Assembly: GCA_043747615.1 (NCBI GenBank)
Contig: JAYTOU010000051.1
Span: forward strand, 14,110-78,109
Direction of reading: 5' to 3'
Origin: Myxococcales bacterium
Lineage (GTDB): Bacteria > Myxococcota_A > Polyangia > Polyangiales > Polyangiaceae
Length of the DNA stretch: 64,000 nt
The stretch's first letter is position 1, and the number at the start of each line of letters is the position of its first letter. A model generated the notes under the pieces. It was given only the letters and a program-made list of their open reading frames with translations. It searched no databases and was not told the DNA's origin. Positions 31,862-41,254 of this stretch are shown one piece after another. Position numbers and translations under genes: made by a program.

Positions 31862-32203
31862 TCACTCCACACCCGCCGTCGCGCCGAACCAGTAAAACGC
31901 GACGGAGGGGTTCGAGCCCGGCACCTGCGCTAGCGCGCCTGTCGTTTGCTCACGAACGACTGCCGGCTCGCCGAGCCCTGGGGCGCGACCGAGCGCGACC
32001 TCGTCGAGCCCTCCGCGTTGGCGCGCTGCCGTCACGAGATCTGGCGCGCGGCCGCTGGACCAAAGGAGCACGAGCACCGCAGCGATGGCTGCAGCCACGA
32101 GGACGAAGCGCCGCGTCCAGGGCGGCTCCGCCATGCGCTCACGCAGTCCGCTAAGCCCACCCGACGGAGGCTCGAGTCGCTCGAACACTTCTTCGCGTTT
32201 CAT
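31862..32203 (-). CDS. Small single-TM protein, possible anti-sigma factor
   Basis: MKREEVFERLEPPSGGLSGLRERM...TM...; ATG overlaps the stop of the sigma-factor relic. Confidence 0.55.
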   Translation of the reverse strand: MKREEVFERLEPPSGGLSGLRERMAEPPWTRRFVLVAAAIAAVLVLLWSSGRAPDLVTAARQRGGLDEVALGRAPGLGEPAVVREQTTGALAQVPGSNPSVAFYWFGATAGVE

Positions 32204-32375
32204 GTGAGACCCTCCACGCCGCCTAGATGCGCGGACGGATGCGCGATCGCCGCATTCCGCCGCGACCCCGCGGTTCCCGACGGGATCCCAAGCGTCGCAC
32301 CGATTTCTTGATGCGTGAGCTCCGAATATTCGGCCAGCAGGATCACCTGACGCAGGCGGTCGGGGAGCGCGTCGG
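32200..32375 (-). pseudogene. ECF sigma factor relic (region 4 only)
   Basis: ALPDRLRQVILLAEYSELTHQEIGATLGIPSGTAGSRRNAA; region 2 is absent and the fragment abuts the upstream gene's 3' end. Confidence 0.75.
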
Positions 32376-33076
32376 ACTCGGACGACATGGTAGAGCGTCG
32401 AGCCGTCGGACGCATCGGACGGTTGGTTGGTCGAGCCGAGGACGACGATGCGATCGGCGCTGAGGTGAACGCGCGTGTCCACCCTGTTCTTGGCGAACTC
32501 GATGAGGATATTGGCGTCGACACCGTCGTTCGTCTGAGCAGCCTTCTGCGAGATCTTGAGCTGCTCGCCCTCAACCCTCCCATCGTCGCCGTTCTGCGAT
32601 GTGAGGCGGACCCTTTGCGCAAGCGTGAACGCCTGCGGACCTTGTGATCGCGTTATCTCGTCGAGGGCCGGCTGGATCTCGCTCATGCCCGCCGGCGCCG
32701 GTTGCGTTGACGCCGCCGGTTTGCCGATGAGCACGAAGTAGTAGAGCTCGATGCTCTGATCGAACGTGGGTGGATGCTATGCGACCTCGTCGACGAGCGT
32801 CTGCACGCCGGGTTGCACGTTCGGCGTGGCGAGCACGGCTAGCCGCCCATCCGGGGTGATCGCGGCGCGCCCGACGAGCTTCTGGTCGCTTCCGTCTGCT
32901 TTTCCGCCCATCCAGAATGTGTCTTTGAAAGTGGCGAGGAAGGCCCGAGCGCTACCCTTCGGCACGTCGTAGGTGCGGAGCACGAGGGCGTTGGTGTCCT
33001 CCGGTGGGCCGGATCGACATCCGTTTGCGAGGACTGCGAGGACGGCGGCGAGCAGCAACGATCGAGAAAGCCGCAT
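32376..33076 (-). pseudogene. Lipoprotein gene with an in-frame TAG and a deleted 3' end
   Basis: Lipobox ANGC; reads ...VDEVA*HPPTFDQSIELYYFVLIGKP... in one frame across the TAG at 32777-32779. Confidence 0.7.
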
Positions 33077-33166
33077 GAATCTCCACTGGGGCGTCAGGGG
33101 TCTGACCTCTATTACCCGCGAGCCGATGCATTCTTCACGCGCCTCAAAAGAAAAGTGACGAGCTCC

Positions 33167-34285
33167 TCAAAATGCGCGCGTGACGCCGAGTCCGAGCGTC
33201 CACGTGTGCGCCGCGGTGCCCGACAAGAGATCCGCGCGGTAGCTGCCGGTCGTGTAGATGCGCCAGCTACCGGCGATGAGCTGCGCTTTGCCGCCCACGG
33301 CGTGCCCTATGGAATCTGCCGCGGTGTAGTCCGTGAATTGGTACCAGGCGCGAAGGGAAAATTTCGTCCACGTGTGCCCGAGCTCGGGTCGGATCGAATA
33401 GCGCGGTGGGAGCAGCGGTAATCCGGAGCCGTAGGTCGCGGCGGTCGCCCCGCGCGCAGGAGCAAACGTGAAAAATCCGACCGCGTCGGGATCACTCGCA
33501 CTGTAGGCGTAGTATCCAGTGTCGAGCGTGAGGTCGGTGCGATCATAGAGCGTCCCGACGAGGGTTGCGCCTACCCGGAGTTGCTCGAGCGTGGCGGTCG
33601 ACGTGCCCACTGAATTCGATACCGTGTCGCAGAGCAGAGTCTGCGTGGCTTCGCACGACCTCACGAAAGACTCCGTCGTGACTGCGCCACCCGGGGCGTC
33701 GAAAGCCGTCATTTTCTGGGCTGTCGCGAAATGAGCGTACCCCAGTGACAGGCCGAAGCTTCCGTCCACCGCGCGCGCGGGGCCGTCCTCGTCGAACGTG
33801 TCGTATTGAACGTCGACGGTGCCCCCGATGTTCGCGCTCGTAGTCTTGATGATCGCAGTCGACTGTTGGCTTGCGCGCCCTGCGGGGTAGGTGAACGGGC
33901 TGGCGATGTCTCTCGGGGATGGCGGTAAGCCCGTTCCCTGAAGACCCGCGGACCAGTGTTTACTCAAGTCCGCGCTCACATCCATCACGGCGAGCAGGAT
34001 CCAATCGCTCCCCGTTCGCAGCGTGGTCCCTGGAGTGCGCGCCCCCAGAAAATCGTGGGTCAAGCGCAGCGATCCGCTGAGATGGAGCGTCTCGCTCGCG
34101 TCGTAGCGCCCAGCGAGCTTTTGATATTCCGAGAATGACGCCTGTATCGACGGCGTGGGTTTAGATTCACCTCCACCGACCTCGGCAGTGACGCTGTCCG
34201 CCGCGGCGCCTCGCACGATGCATCCTGCAGCGAGCGACAAACGAAACGCCCGGCGTCGCAACCCAAGCAACGCCAGGCGAGTCAT
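33167..34285 (-). CDS. Hypothetical outer-membrane beta-barrel protein
   Basis: Signal peptide, alternating amphipathic strands, C-terminal LGLGVTRAF. Confidence 0.65.
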   Translation of the reverse strand: MTRLALLGLRRRAFRLSLAAGCIVRGAAADSVTAEVGGGESKPTPSIQASFSEYQKLAGRYDASETLHLSGSLRLTHDFLGARTPGTTLRTGSDWILLAVMDVSADLSKHWSAGLQGTGLPPSPRDIASPFTYPAGRASQQSTAIIKTTSANIGGTVDVQYDTFDEDGPARAVDGSFGLSLGYAHFATAQKMTAFDAPGGAVTTESFVRSCEATQTLLCDTVSNSVGTSTATLEQLRVGATLVGTLYDRTDLTLDTGYYAYSASDPDAVGFFTFAPARGATAATYGSGLPLLPPRYSIRPELGHTWTKFSLRAWYQFTDYTAADSIGHAVGGKAQLIAGSWRIYTTGSYRADLLSGTAAHTWTLGLGVTRAF

Positions 34286-34305
34286 CGCTAGATCCTATCC
34301 CGTGC

Positions 34306-34866
34306 TCAATGGTGGTGGTGACCGTCGCGCGCGAGGTCTCGACGGTCTTGCCGCGCCTCGCGGCGATCGGCACGCAGGTCGCGGCGATCGCTCTTCGCCT
34401 CTCGACGGTCGGCCCGAACGTCGCGGCGGTCTCCACGGAGATCGGTGCGGTCGGCCTTGATGTCTTTGGCATCCTTGTGGAGGTCGCGCTCGTCGCGCTT
34501 CAAGTCTCCGCGGTCTCGTTTCAGATCGGCCTCGTCCTTCTTGAGATCCTTGAGATCCCCCGAAGCCTTGTCTCGCGCAATGTCGGCCTTGTCCCTCTTG
34601 ATGTCCGCTTCGTCTTTCTTAATGTCGGCTTTGTCCGCCTTCGCGTCCGCCTTGTCGTTCTTCAAATCCGCCTTGTCGCGGGCAACGTCGCGTCCGTCTT
34701 TCTTCAGATCGTGTCGATCGTTTTTGAGGTCGGTCGCGTCCTTCTGGATGTCCGTCCGGTCGGCTTTGAGATCGATCTTGTCGGCGGCAACGTCGTCGGC
34801 CAGCGCGAGCTGCGGCACGAGGACGACGACGGAGGAAAAGAGAAATGCGCACAGAATCTTTTTCAT
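34306..34866 (-). CDS. Secreted heptad-repeat (D-h-x-x-D-x-x) protein
   Basis: AAGGAG RBS; signal peptide ending ALA; 22 heptads; C-terminal HHHH. Confidence 0.85.
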   Translation of the reverse strand: MKKILCAFLFSSVVVLVPQLALADDVAADKIDLKADRTDIQKDATDLKNDRHDLKKDGRDVARDKADLKNDKADAKADKADIKKDEADIKRDKADIARDKASGDLKDLKKDEADLKRDRGDLKRDERDLHKDAKDIKADRTDLRGDRRDVRADRREAKSDRRDLRADRREARQDRRDLARDGHHHH

Positions 34867-34891
34867 GGTGGGGCTCCTTGAGCATCACTTG

Positions 34892-34907
34892 AGCAACGGT
34901 CGTGCCG
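34892..34907 (-). promoter_or_regulatory. Sigma-54 (-24/-12) promoter of the heptad-repeat gene
   Basis: Minus strand CGGCACGACCGTTGCT versus consensus TGGCACG-N4-TTGCW; 25 bp upstream of the ATG. Confidence 0.75.
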
Positions 34908-35129
34908 TCGATGCTCGTCGTGGGCATCTTCAAATCCAGCGCTTTTCCCTTCCTTGCGCGAGGCGATGAAGGCCGACGGGGTGAACTTTCCGACGTTCAC
35001 GCGGCCCGCCTTTGGGCCATGGATCCGTGGGCCCTCGTGCGTGGTCGAATCGGCTCGTCGCTCGCGAATGGCTTGCCCTTCTCGGACGGATCAGCTGAGA
35101 CTCGTGGGACAAACGCGCTTCGAACGACG

Positions 35130-36008
35130 ATGTCCGTAACCGTCCGCGTGGTGTCTGTAGCCGTGCTTCCGGGATGCACCAAGCTGTTTGGCGCGGGGGA
35201 CAAGGACGCGGGCTCGGCAATCGTCGGTCCCGTCGACATCGCGCCGTCCGCCGCCTGCACGATGGCGGGCGCGCCTTTCGCTATCGACGGGAGCCCGCGC
35301 TCGGACACCGGCCTCACGCGAGAAACCCGGAAAGCAGAACGTAGACGAGCCGTTCATCGACTCGCACGAGGTCACTGCGCCGAAGGACAAGAGCGCGCCG
35401 AAGCCATCACGTACGACGTGCCCGTGAGCGTCGAGATGCCCAACCACGGCGGGTTCGTGCTCGCATCGCGCGATCTGGGGCAGCTCGTGGTCGGAAAACG
35501 CGCGGCCACCCTCGAACGCTCCGGCGATGCAACGCGCTTCAACTTCGGAACCCCTGTCGGAATGGCGGCGCTCGTCGTGACCGGCAGCTCTGTCGCTCTC
35601 TTCGTATCGGAGGCGGGCAAGACCGATCTCCTTGGCACCACGTTCACCGCTGAAGCGATTCCGACGACGCCCGAGAAGATCGTGCTCAACGATCCGAAGC
35701 CGCCCACGGACGGAGACCGCGCGTCGGTCAGCGCGAGCGTCACCGACACGGGGGATCTCGCGGTCGGCTTCACCGATGGGAAAGGCGCGTCAAGGCGCGC
35801 ACGCGTGACCCTTCTTGGTGCCGACTTGAAGGCCAAAGTGCCCGTGTTTGACATCACCAACGATGAAAACGTTTCGGAGCTCCGCGTCGGCGTCCTGCCC
35901 GACGGCCGCATCCTCGCGGCGTACATCGAGACCAAAGACGCAAAGCCCGTGGTGACCGGCGCGATCCTGGCAGCTCGAACCTGTTCGCGTCTCCCCGTCA
36001 CGCGCTGA
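35130..36008 (+). CDS. Hypothetical lipoprotein-like protein, possibly degraded
   Basis: LPGC lipobox-like site and beta-rich body; the segment near 35320-35400 looks more protein-like in another frame. Confidence 0.45.
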   Translation: MSVTVRVVSVAVLPGCTKLFGAGDKDAGSAIVGPVDIAPSAACTMAGAPFAIDGSPRSDTGLTRETRKAERRRAVHRLARGHCAEGQERAEAITYDVPVSVEMPNHGGFVLASRDLGQLVVGKRAATLERSGDATRFNFGTPVGMAALVVTGSSVALFVSEAGKTDLLGTTFTAEAIPTTPEKIVLNDPKPPTDGDRASVSASVTDTGDLAVGFTDGKGASRRARVTLLGADLKAKVPVFDITNDENVSELRVGVLPDGRILAAYIETKDAKPVVTGAILAARTCSRLPVTR

Positions 36009-36143
36009 GTCGCCCGGCATGCCGCGTGCTCCGTGAGGGAGCATTGTAACAATTCCCCGGCCGAGACGATGTGCGTCTGCTGCCCACGGCGACATCGCGT
36101 CGAACGGCCAAATCTTTTGTCTCGCCCGTGCGTCAGAGCAGGT

Positions 36144-36878
36144 GTGCCGCTTTTCCTAGCCACTCTCCCCAAGCGGGTGTTTCTGGTCCTGATGCTGCTC
36201 GGTTCGGCGCTCATTACGGCGTCGAGCCTCGCCTACTTCGACTTCGACACTCTTCCGCCGTTCGTCATCGAGAAGCTGCCTCTGAAACACGAGACCCTGT
36301 GGCTCGCCTCCCTCAGGATCCACGTCGCGACCGCATCCGTCGTCTTCCCGCTCTGCCTCCTGCTGATGACCCGAGCGCTCCAACGACGAGCGGCGTGGCA
36401 TCGTCGGCTCGGGCGTTTCACGGGCATGCTCGTGCTCTTCGCGCTCGTGCCTTCGGGCGTGGTGCTCGCGTTCGACGCAAAAGGAGGCGTGGTCGTGACG
36501 GCGGGGTTTCTTCTTTCCGCTGCGCTCATCGTCTGGTTCATGGTCCGTGGGGTCTTGGCAGCGCGCCGACGCGATCTCGTTTCGCACAGCCGCGCGATGC
36601 GACATGTCCTCGCCCAGATGAGTGTTGCCGTGATCTCTCGCGCCATGATCGTCGGACTCGACGCGATGGGGATCGACCCCGACGTCTCCTACGTCGCTGC
36701 CCTGTGGGTCCCGGTGCTTGGCTGCGCTGCAGTCGCCGAACTCATTTCCTCTCGTTCCGTTCTGTCGACCCGTGCCGCTGTCCAACTGCTTGAAAGGATC
36801 CGTCGTGAAATCTCTCCCTTGGCTCTTGTTGTGCGCGTTCGGTCTCTCGTCCGTCCCCTCGCTCGCCTCGGCCGATGA
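36144..36878 (+). CDS. DUF2306-like membrane protein
   Basis: RIHVA, WHRRLGR, HSRAMR His motifs between TM helices. Confidence 0.7.
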   Translation: MPLFLATLPKRVFLVLMLLGSALITASSLAYFDFDTLPPFVIEKLPLKHETLWLASLRIHVATASVVFPLCLLLMTRALQRRAAWHRRLGRFTGMLVLFALVPSGVVLAFDAKGGVVVTAGFLLSAALIVWFMVRGVLAARRRDLVSHSRAMRHVLAQMSVAVISRAMIVGLDAMGIDPDVSYVAALWVPVLGCAAVAELISSRSVLSTRAAVQLLERIRREISPLALVVRVRSLVRPLARLGR

Positions 36879-37239
36879 GCCGTCGCTCGCCGAGTGGGCT
36901 CAACGCCGGGTCGAAGACGGGCTCATGAAACCCCTCGCCCAGGTAGAAACAATTCGCTTTTCCCGGGTACGACCCGTCCCGCACGAACGGCGCCTTCGGA
37001 TTACCGCGTCCGCGTTGACTCCCGACAAGAGCGGCCATCCGTTCGTGTCGTTTGCGGTCGACGTCCGATTCGGTGCGGCGGAGTGGCGCCAGAATGACGT
37101 CGTCGGTTGCGTCTACAAGGACAGCGGGAGTCTCTTCGTCAAGGTGGGTGACGCGTATCGACCCGCGGCGATCCTCTTCGGAAAAAGCGTCGACCCGGTC
37201 GCGGGCGCCTGCGTCGCTGCCGCACCTGCACGATCGTAG
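36805..37239 (+). CDS. Hypothetical secreted protein
   Basis: Signal peptide ending ASA; FSRVRP, FAVDVRFG, VVGCVY; overlaps the upstream gene by 74 nt. Confidence 0.6.
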   Translation: MKSLPWLLLCAFGLSSVPSLASADEPSLAEWAQRRVEDGLMKPLAQVETIRFSRVRPVPHERRLRITASALTPDKSGHPFVSFAVDVRFGAAEWRQNDVVGCVYKDSGSLFVKVGDAYRPAAILFGKSVDPVAGACVAAAPARS

Positions 37240-37267
37240 ACGCGACGCTCTGCACGAAACGCGGCGC

Positions 37268-37753
37268 TCACTCGCGCCCCATGTGACCGCGGGCGTGGAC
37301 GAGTTGCGTCGTATCGACGATCACCGCGAGGAGCATCGTGAAGAGGCGACGGTGAGCTTCGGGGTCATCGGAGAAATCGGGGACCGCCTCGGCGAGGGCG
37401 CGTCCAGCGCGGTCATGGACCACCTTTTTCGCCATGTCGACGGCCTCGATCCACGACGCCGTCCGGTGGCCCGCGCCTTCGTCGAGACGGCGAATGATCG
37501 CGAGGTATTCCTTCACGTGCGGCTCGAGGACGGCGATGGGAACGGCAATCGTTTCACGCACGTCGCCATCGGCGTCGAGAAAGTCGAGGCGCATCATTGT
37601 CGAGTCTGCGGTAAGCAACGCGTAGCGATCGGTGAAGCGATGACAGAGCGTGGCCTCTCGGAGGTCGTCGATCGCGGCACGCCACTCCGCGCGTCGCATC
37701 GGCGTGGCCGCTGACCACGTGTCTTCGTCGATTCGGAAATCCCGCAGCGCCAT
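37268..37753 (-). CDS. UPF0262 family protein
   Basis: EWRAAIDDL, VKEYLAI, IEAVDMAKKVVHD, RRLFT. Confidence 0.75.
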   Translation of the reverse strand: MALRDFRIDEDTWSAATPMRRAEWRAAIDDLREATLCHRFTDRYALLTADSTMMRLDFLDADGDVRETIAVPIAVLEPHVKEYLAIIRRLDEGAGHRTASWIEAVDMAKKVVHDRAGRALAEAVPDFSDDPEAHRRLFTMLLAVIVDTTQLVHARGHMGRE

Positions 37754-37770
37754 CCATCGAGGTTACACGC

Positions 37771-37890
37771 TCAGAGCGGATGGACCGATGCGCACCTCTC
37801 GGGATCCGGCGCGCGATCGACCCACCCGCCGTCTTGGCACTGGTACCATCGGCGATCGGAGCGGCTCTGCACGCACGTATTGCGCAATGG
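37771..37890 (-). pseudogene. Orphan Cys-rich C-terminal fragment
   Basis: NTCVQSRSDRRWYQCQDGGWVDRAPDPERCASVHPL* with no plausible N-terminal part. Confidence 0.4.
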
Positions 37891-37970
37891 CGCGCGCAAA
37901 AACGGTGGGCAACGGCCGATCTGGTCGGCCCACGAGCTCTCGTCGACGAAGTCTCCGCTCATGCGCTTCC

Positions 37971-38895
37971 TCATTTTGCATGTCGCGTACAACGGCATGT
38001 CGCGTTGGAGGTGATCATCCATGTTGGCAGCGTTTGAACGAGGGTGACCTCGCTTTCGTGAATGGCGACGTACCGATCCAAGTTGGCGGGCTGCCCTTCG
38101 ACTCGAAAGACGACAGAACGCGCCTCGTGCACCGTCGTCACGGCATGCGTGAACGTGCCGACCGTGAAGCGTAAGTCTCGTTTCGCGAGAGCTGCTTCAC
38201 CCGTCGCAAGAGGCATCGGCGCGATGGCGAAGATCGATTCGACCGGTGCATCGATGGTGCCGGGAGTCATGAGCGCGTTCCAAACGACTTCCGGGGACGC
38301 TGCCACCGTGATTTCGGAAGTGACCTCAGATGCCTCCGGCAGGCGCGGAGAGCCGAGAGTCAAGAGAAGGAGCACGGGAAGCGCACACACGTTGACGGCT
38401 GCAGGGAATCTTTTTTCGGGCCTCGTGATCGCCCATGCAGCGGTCGCTCCGAGCACGTTGAGCGGCACGAGGATGGGCGCGGCCATGAGAACGCATGCCA
38501 CTCCTTCAACACCAAACGCGAGCAAGAGCACGAGAGGGGGCTGTGGCCAGAACGAGGAAGAACGCGAGGTTCGGGAACGGCAGAAAGAAAAGCCCCGCCC
38601 AGAAGGGATGCACGCCCATGTCCCGCAGTCTGCGGGCCGAGAGCGCGGTGCCTGCTGCGATTAACGGCAGGGCGGCGGTCATCAGCGCCATCCAGTACGC
38701 CGGGTGCTCTCCGAGCTTCAAAAGCGGGCTCACGCGCGGAGACAGGTACATGAGCAAGTTCCAAGGCTGATCGAACGCGACCGAGATGAGCCAGTCGAGC
38801 GGGTACTTCGCGGCAAAGAGCACCAGCCCTGCAACGAGGTACGCTCTGCGTGAAATCACGCCTTCCCAAGACCAAAACTGAAGCGCAGGTTTCAT
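37971..38895 (-). pseudogene. DUF805-SRPBCC membrane protein, disrupted
   Basis: EGVISRRAY...RRLRDMG (DUF805-like); frame switch near 38530 to GVEGVACVLMAAP...EVTSEITVAASPEVVWNAL (SRPBCC-like); 3' end truncated. Confidence 0.7.
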
Positions 38896-39493
38896 GGCTT
38901 TCCTTCGCGCACGCGCGCGGCGATCGTCTTCAGGAGGTATTCGTGCTCCGCCTGGACGCCAACCTCTTCGAGCTTCGTGAAATACCAAGCCGGACGAAGC
39001 TTCGAGCTAATGGTGGTCGTGCGGGTCACCCGCGTTCCGCCGCCTTCTTCGGACAACGAGTACGACGCCGTTCGGTACTCGAAGACGTGCGCGCCGGGCA
39101 TCTTGGCGGAGACGATCTTCAGCTCCAGTCGGTAGGGCGGCTCCCAACGGGTAACGCTCTGCTCGATCGATCCTGAATCGAAGTGACAAACGCGGCGGCC
39201 GCCGTGGCCTCACCATCGAGGGTGCACTGTACGGGGACCGGGAGACCGAGGGCGAGTGCCGCGGGAAGGTCGCCGGTCATCGTCTCGAACGACTTCAGCG
39301 CATTCCAAGCCACGGCGGGCGACGCGGAAACGATGATCGACGTGACGATGCAGTGGCTTCGCTCGGGGCCGCTCGGAACGAAGAGGCATGCGCCCCCTCC
39401 GAGGATCAACGCCGCGACGGCGACGAGAGAAGCGCGGCCTCGGTTCGTCATCACTCGCGCGTTTCGTCGGCAATTTGGATCCTGCCGCTCCAT
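38892..39493 (-). pseudogene. SRPBCC-family protein with a single frameshift (real or sequencing error)
   Basis: IVSASPAVAWNAL...GLPVPVQCTLDGE | GHGGRRVCHFDSGSIEQSVTRWEPPYRL...; one G appears to be missing near 39208-39209. Confidence 0.7.
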
Positions 39494-39580
39494 CGCGCGA
39501 GCCTAGCATCCCCGTTCTTGTCATCCGTTTGTCCGATAGGCCCGCGGCCCTTTACACTTGTCCGCGGCGCAAAGGAGTGT

Positions 39581-41218
39581 GTGGTGGGAATAGTCGTCGG
39601 CGGAAGGTACAAGCTGGTTGGGCATCTCGGCGGCGCAGCGACCTCCGATGTCTCTCTCGCGCGTCAGGAAGCGGGCGGTGCGGGCGCAGAGTTCGTGGTG
39701 GTCAAGCGTCTGAAGCTGGGGACGGATGCCGACCCCGACCTCCTCACTCAGTTCGCGGGTGAGGCCCGCGTCTCGCTGCGACTGAAGCACCCGAACATCG
39801 TGAGCGCGCTCGCTGGCGGTGAGGACTCCGGGGGACCGTTCATCGTCTTCGAATACCTCGAAGGGCAGACCCTGGGGCGCATTCGCGGCCGAGCGTCACG
39901 GCGGGGAGGCAACCTTCCGCGACCATTCGCACTCCACGTCATCATCGCGGTCACGAATGGTCTTGGATACGCCCACGAGGCGTCGGGCGACGACGGCAAG
40001 CCGCTGCGCATCGTGCATCGCGACGTCTCACCCGACAACGTCATCGTCACGTATGCGGGTGAGACGAAGCTCATCGACTTCAGCGTGGCGACGGCTAACT
40101 CGGCATCGCTAGCGCGCCGCGCGGGAGCGACAAAAGGAAACATCGCGTACATGGCGCCGGAGCAGGCGAAGTCCGTCGTCAATATCGACGGACGCGCCGA
40201 CGTCTTCGCGGTGGGCCTCGTCCTCTGGGAGCTTCTTGCCGGCAAGAGGATGTGGGAGGGCACGTCCGAAGCAGACATTCTCGCGCGCCTCGCGGACGAC
40301 AAGCCGCTCCCCAGCCTGCGGTCCGTCGTGCCCGACATCCCGGAAGAGATCGACGCCATCTGCGTCAAGGCGCTCGCGAAGGTTCGTGACGACCGCTTCG
40401 ACTCGGCCGTCGAGCTGCGTGAGGCGATCGAGAAAGCTACGAAGACCCTCGGGCTCGAAATGACGACGAGCGGCGTCGCTGCGTTCGTCGCTCCGCTGTT
40501 CAAAGACGAGCGAGAGAAGACGCGAACGATGGTTTCCGAGGCGCTGGCCTCGCCCGCCGACTCCGCTCACGCGTTGCCGAGCTTCCGCCCGCCGGCACCC
40601 GACTCCTCGGGCCTCTTGCCCGCCGTAGAGTCAGACCCCCAGCTCTCGGTCGACGCGCTGCCTGTTGCCGCACAGCCGGTTCGTGTGGAGGTGATCGAGA
40701 TCGAGAAGCCGTCGCGCGACTTGCGCTTTCAGCTGCTCGTGGGTGGCGCCGTCCTCATCGCGTTTGCGGCCGTCGCCGTCGTCTCCCTCACCCAGAAGGA
40801 TACGAAGGTGAACGACGATCTCGCCGGGGTGCCTCGACGGGGCCGCCCCCCGGCGGAGCTCGTCGTGCCGGAGCCGGTGGTCTCCGCGGTCGTCGAGCCG
40901 GAAGAGATCACGATCGAAATTTCGGTGACCCCGCCGACGGCCCAGCTCACCGTCGATGGCGTCAAAGCGCCCACCTCCTTGTTCCGCAGGAAGGTCGTGC
41001 GCGGAAAATACATTCACGAGGTGCACGCCGAGGCCCTGGGCTACGAGCCGCGCTCGGTCAAGCTCGTCTTCGATCGGGAGCGCGCCTTCGAGATCGCGTT
41101 GACGCCTAAGCCGCAAGCGATTGTCCACGCGCGTCCGCCCACCACGCCGCCGGCCCCCGTCGAACCCAAACCGGACCCCGAGGTGGCGCCGCCGTCGCCG
41201 AGCCCCGCGACGCCCTAG
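39581..41218 (+). CDS. Membrane Ser/Thr kinase with PEGA-like, Pro-rich extracytoplasmic tail
   Basis: AAGGAG RBS; VVVK, HRDVSPDN, DFS (not DFG), YMAPE; degenerate Gly loop GGAATS; TM; VTPPTAQLTVDG..ALGY. Confidence 0.88.
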   Translation: MVGIVVGGRYKLVGHLGGAATSDVSLARQEAGGAGAEFVVVKRLKLGTDADPDLLTQFAGEARVSLRLKHPNIVSALAGGEDSGGPFIVFEYLEGQTLGRIRGRASRRGGNLPRPFALHVIIAVTNGLGYAHEASGDDGKPLRIVHRDVSPDNVIVTYAGETKLIDFSVATANSASLARRAGATKGNIAYMAPEQAKSVVNIDGRADVFAVGLVLWELLAGKRMWEGTSEADILARLADDKPLPSLRSVVPDIPEEIDAICVKALAKVRDDRFDSAVELREAIEKATKTLGLEMTTSGVAAFVAPLFKDEREKTRTMVSEALASPADSAHALPSFRPPAPDSSGLLPAVESDPQLSVDALPVAAQPVRVEVIEIEKPSRDLRFQLLVGGAVLIAFAAVAVVSLTQKDTKVNDDLAGVPRRGRPPAELVVPEPVVSAVVEPEEITIEISVTPPTAQLTVDGVKAPTSLFRRKVVRGKYIHEVHAEALGYEPRSVKLVFDRERAFEIALTPKPQAIVHARPPTTPPAPVEPKPDPEVAPPSPSPATP

Positions 41219-41254
41219 GCACTGCGTCGCCTGGCGTTCCAGACGTCTGTCCGC

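Noticed and set aside
32777..32779. Amber read-through or pyrrolysine recoding (in-frame TAGs here, at about 23291 and at 25106)
   Set aside because: The genes at 32777 and 23291 also carry deletions, the 25106 frame has no recognisable product, many intact genes end in TAG, and no pyl genes are seen. Nonsense decay is the simpler explanation.
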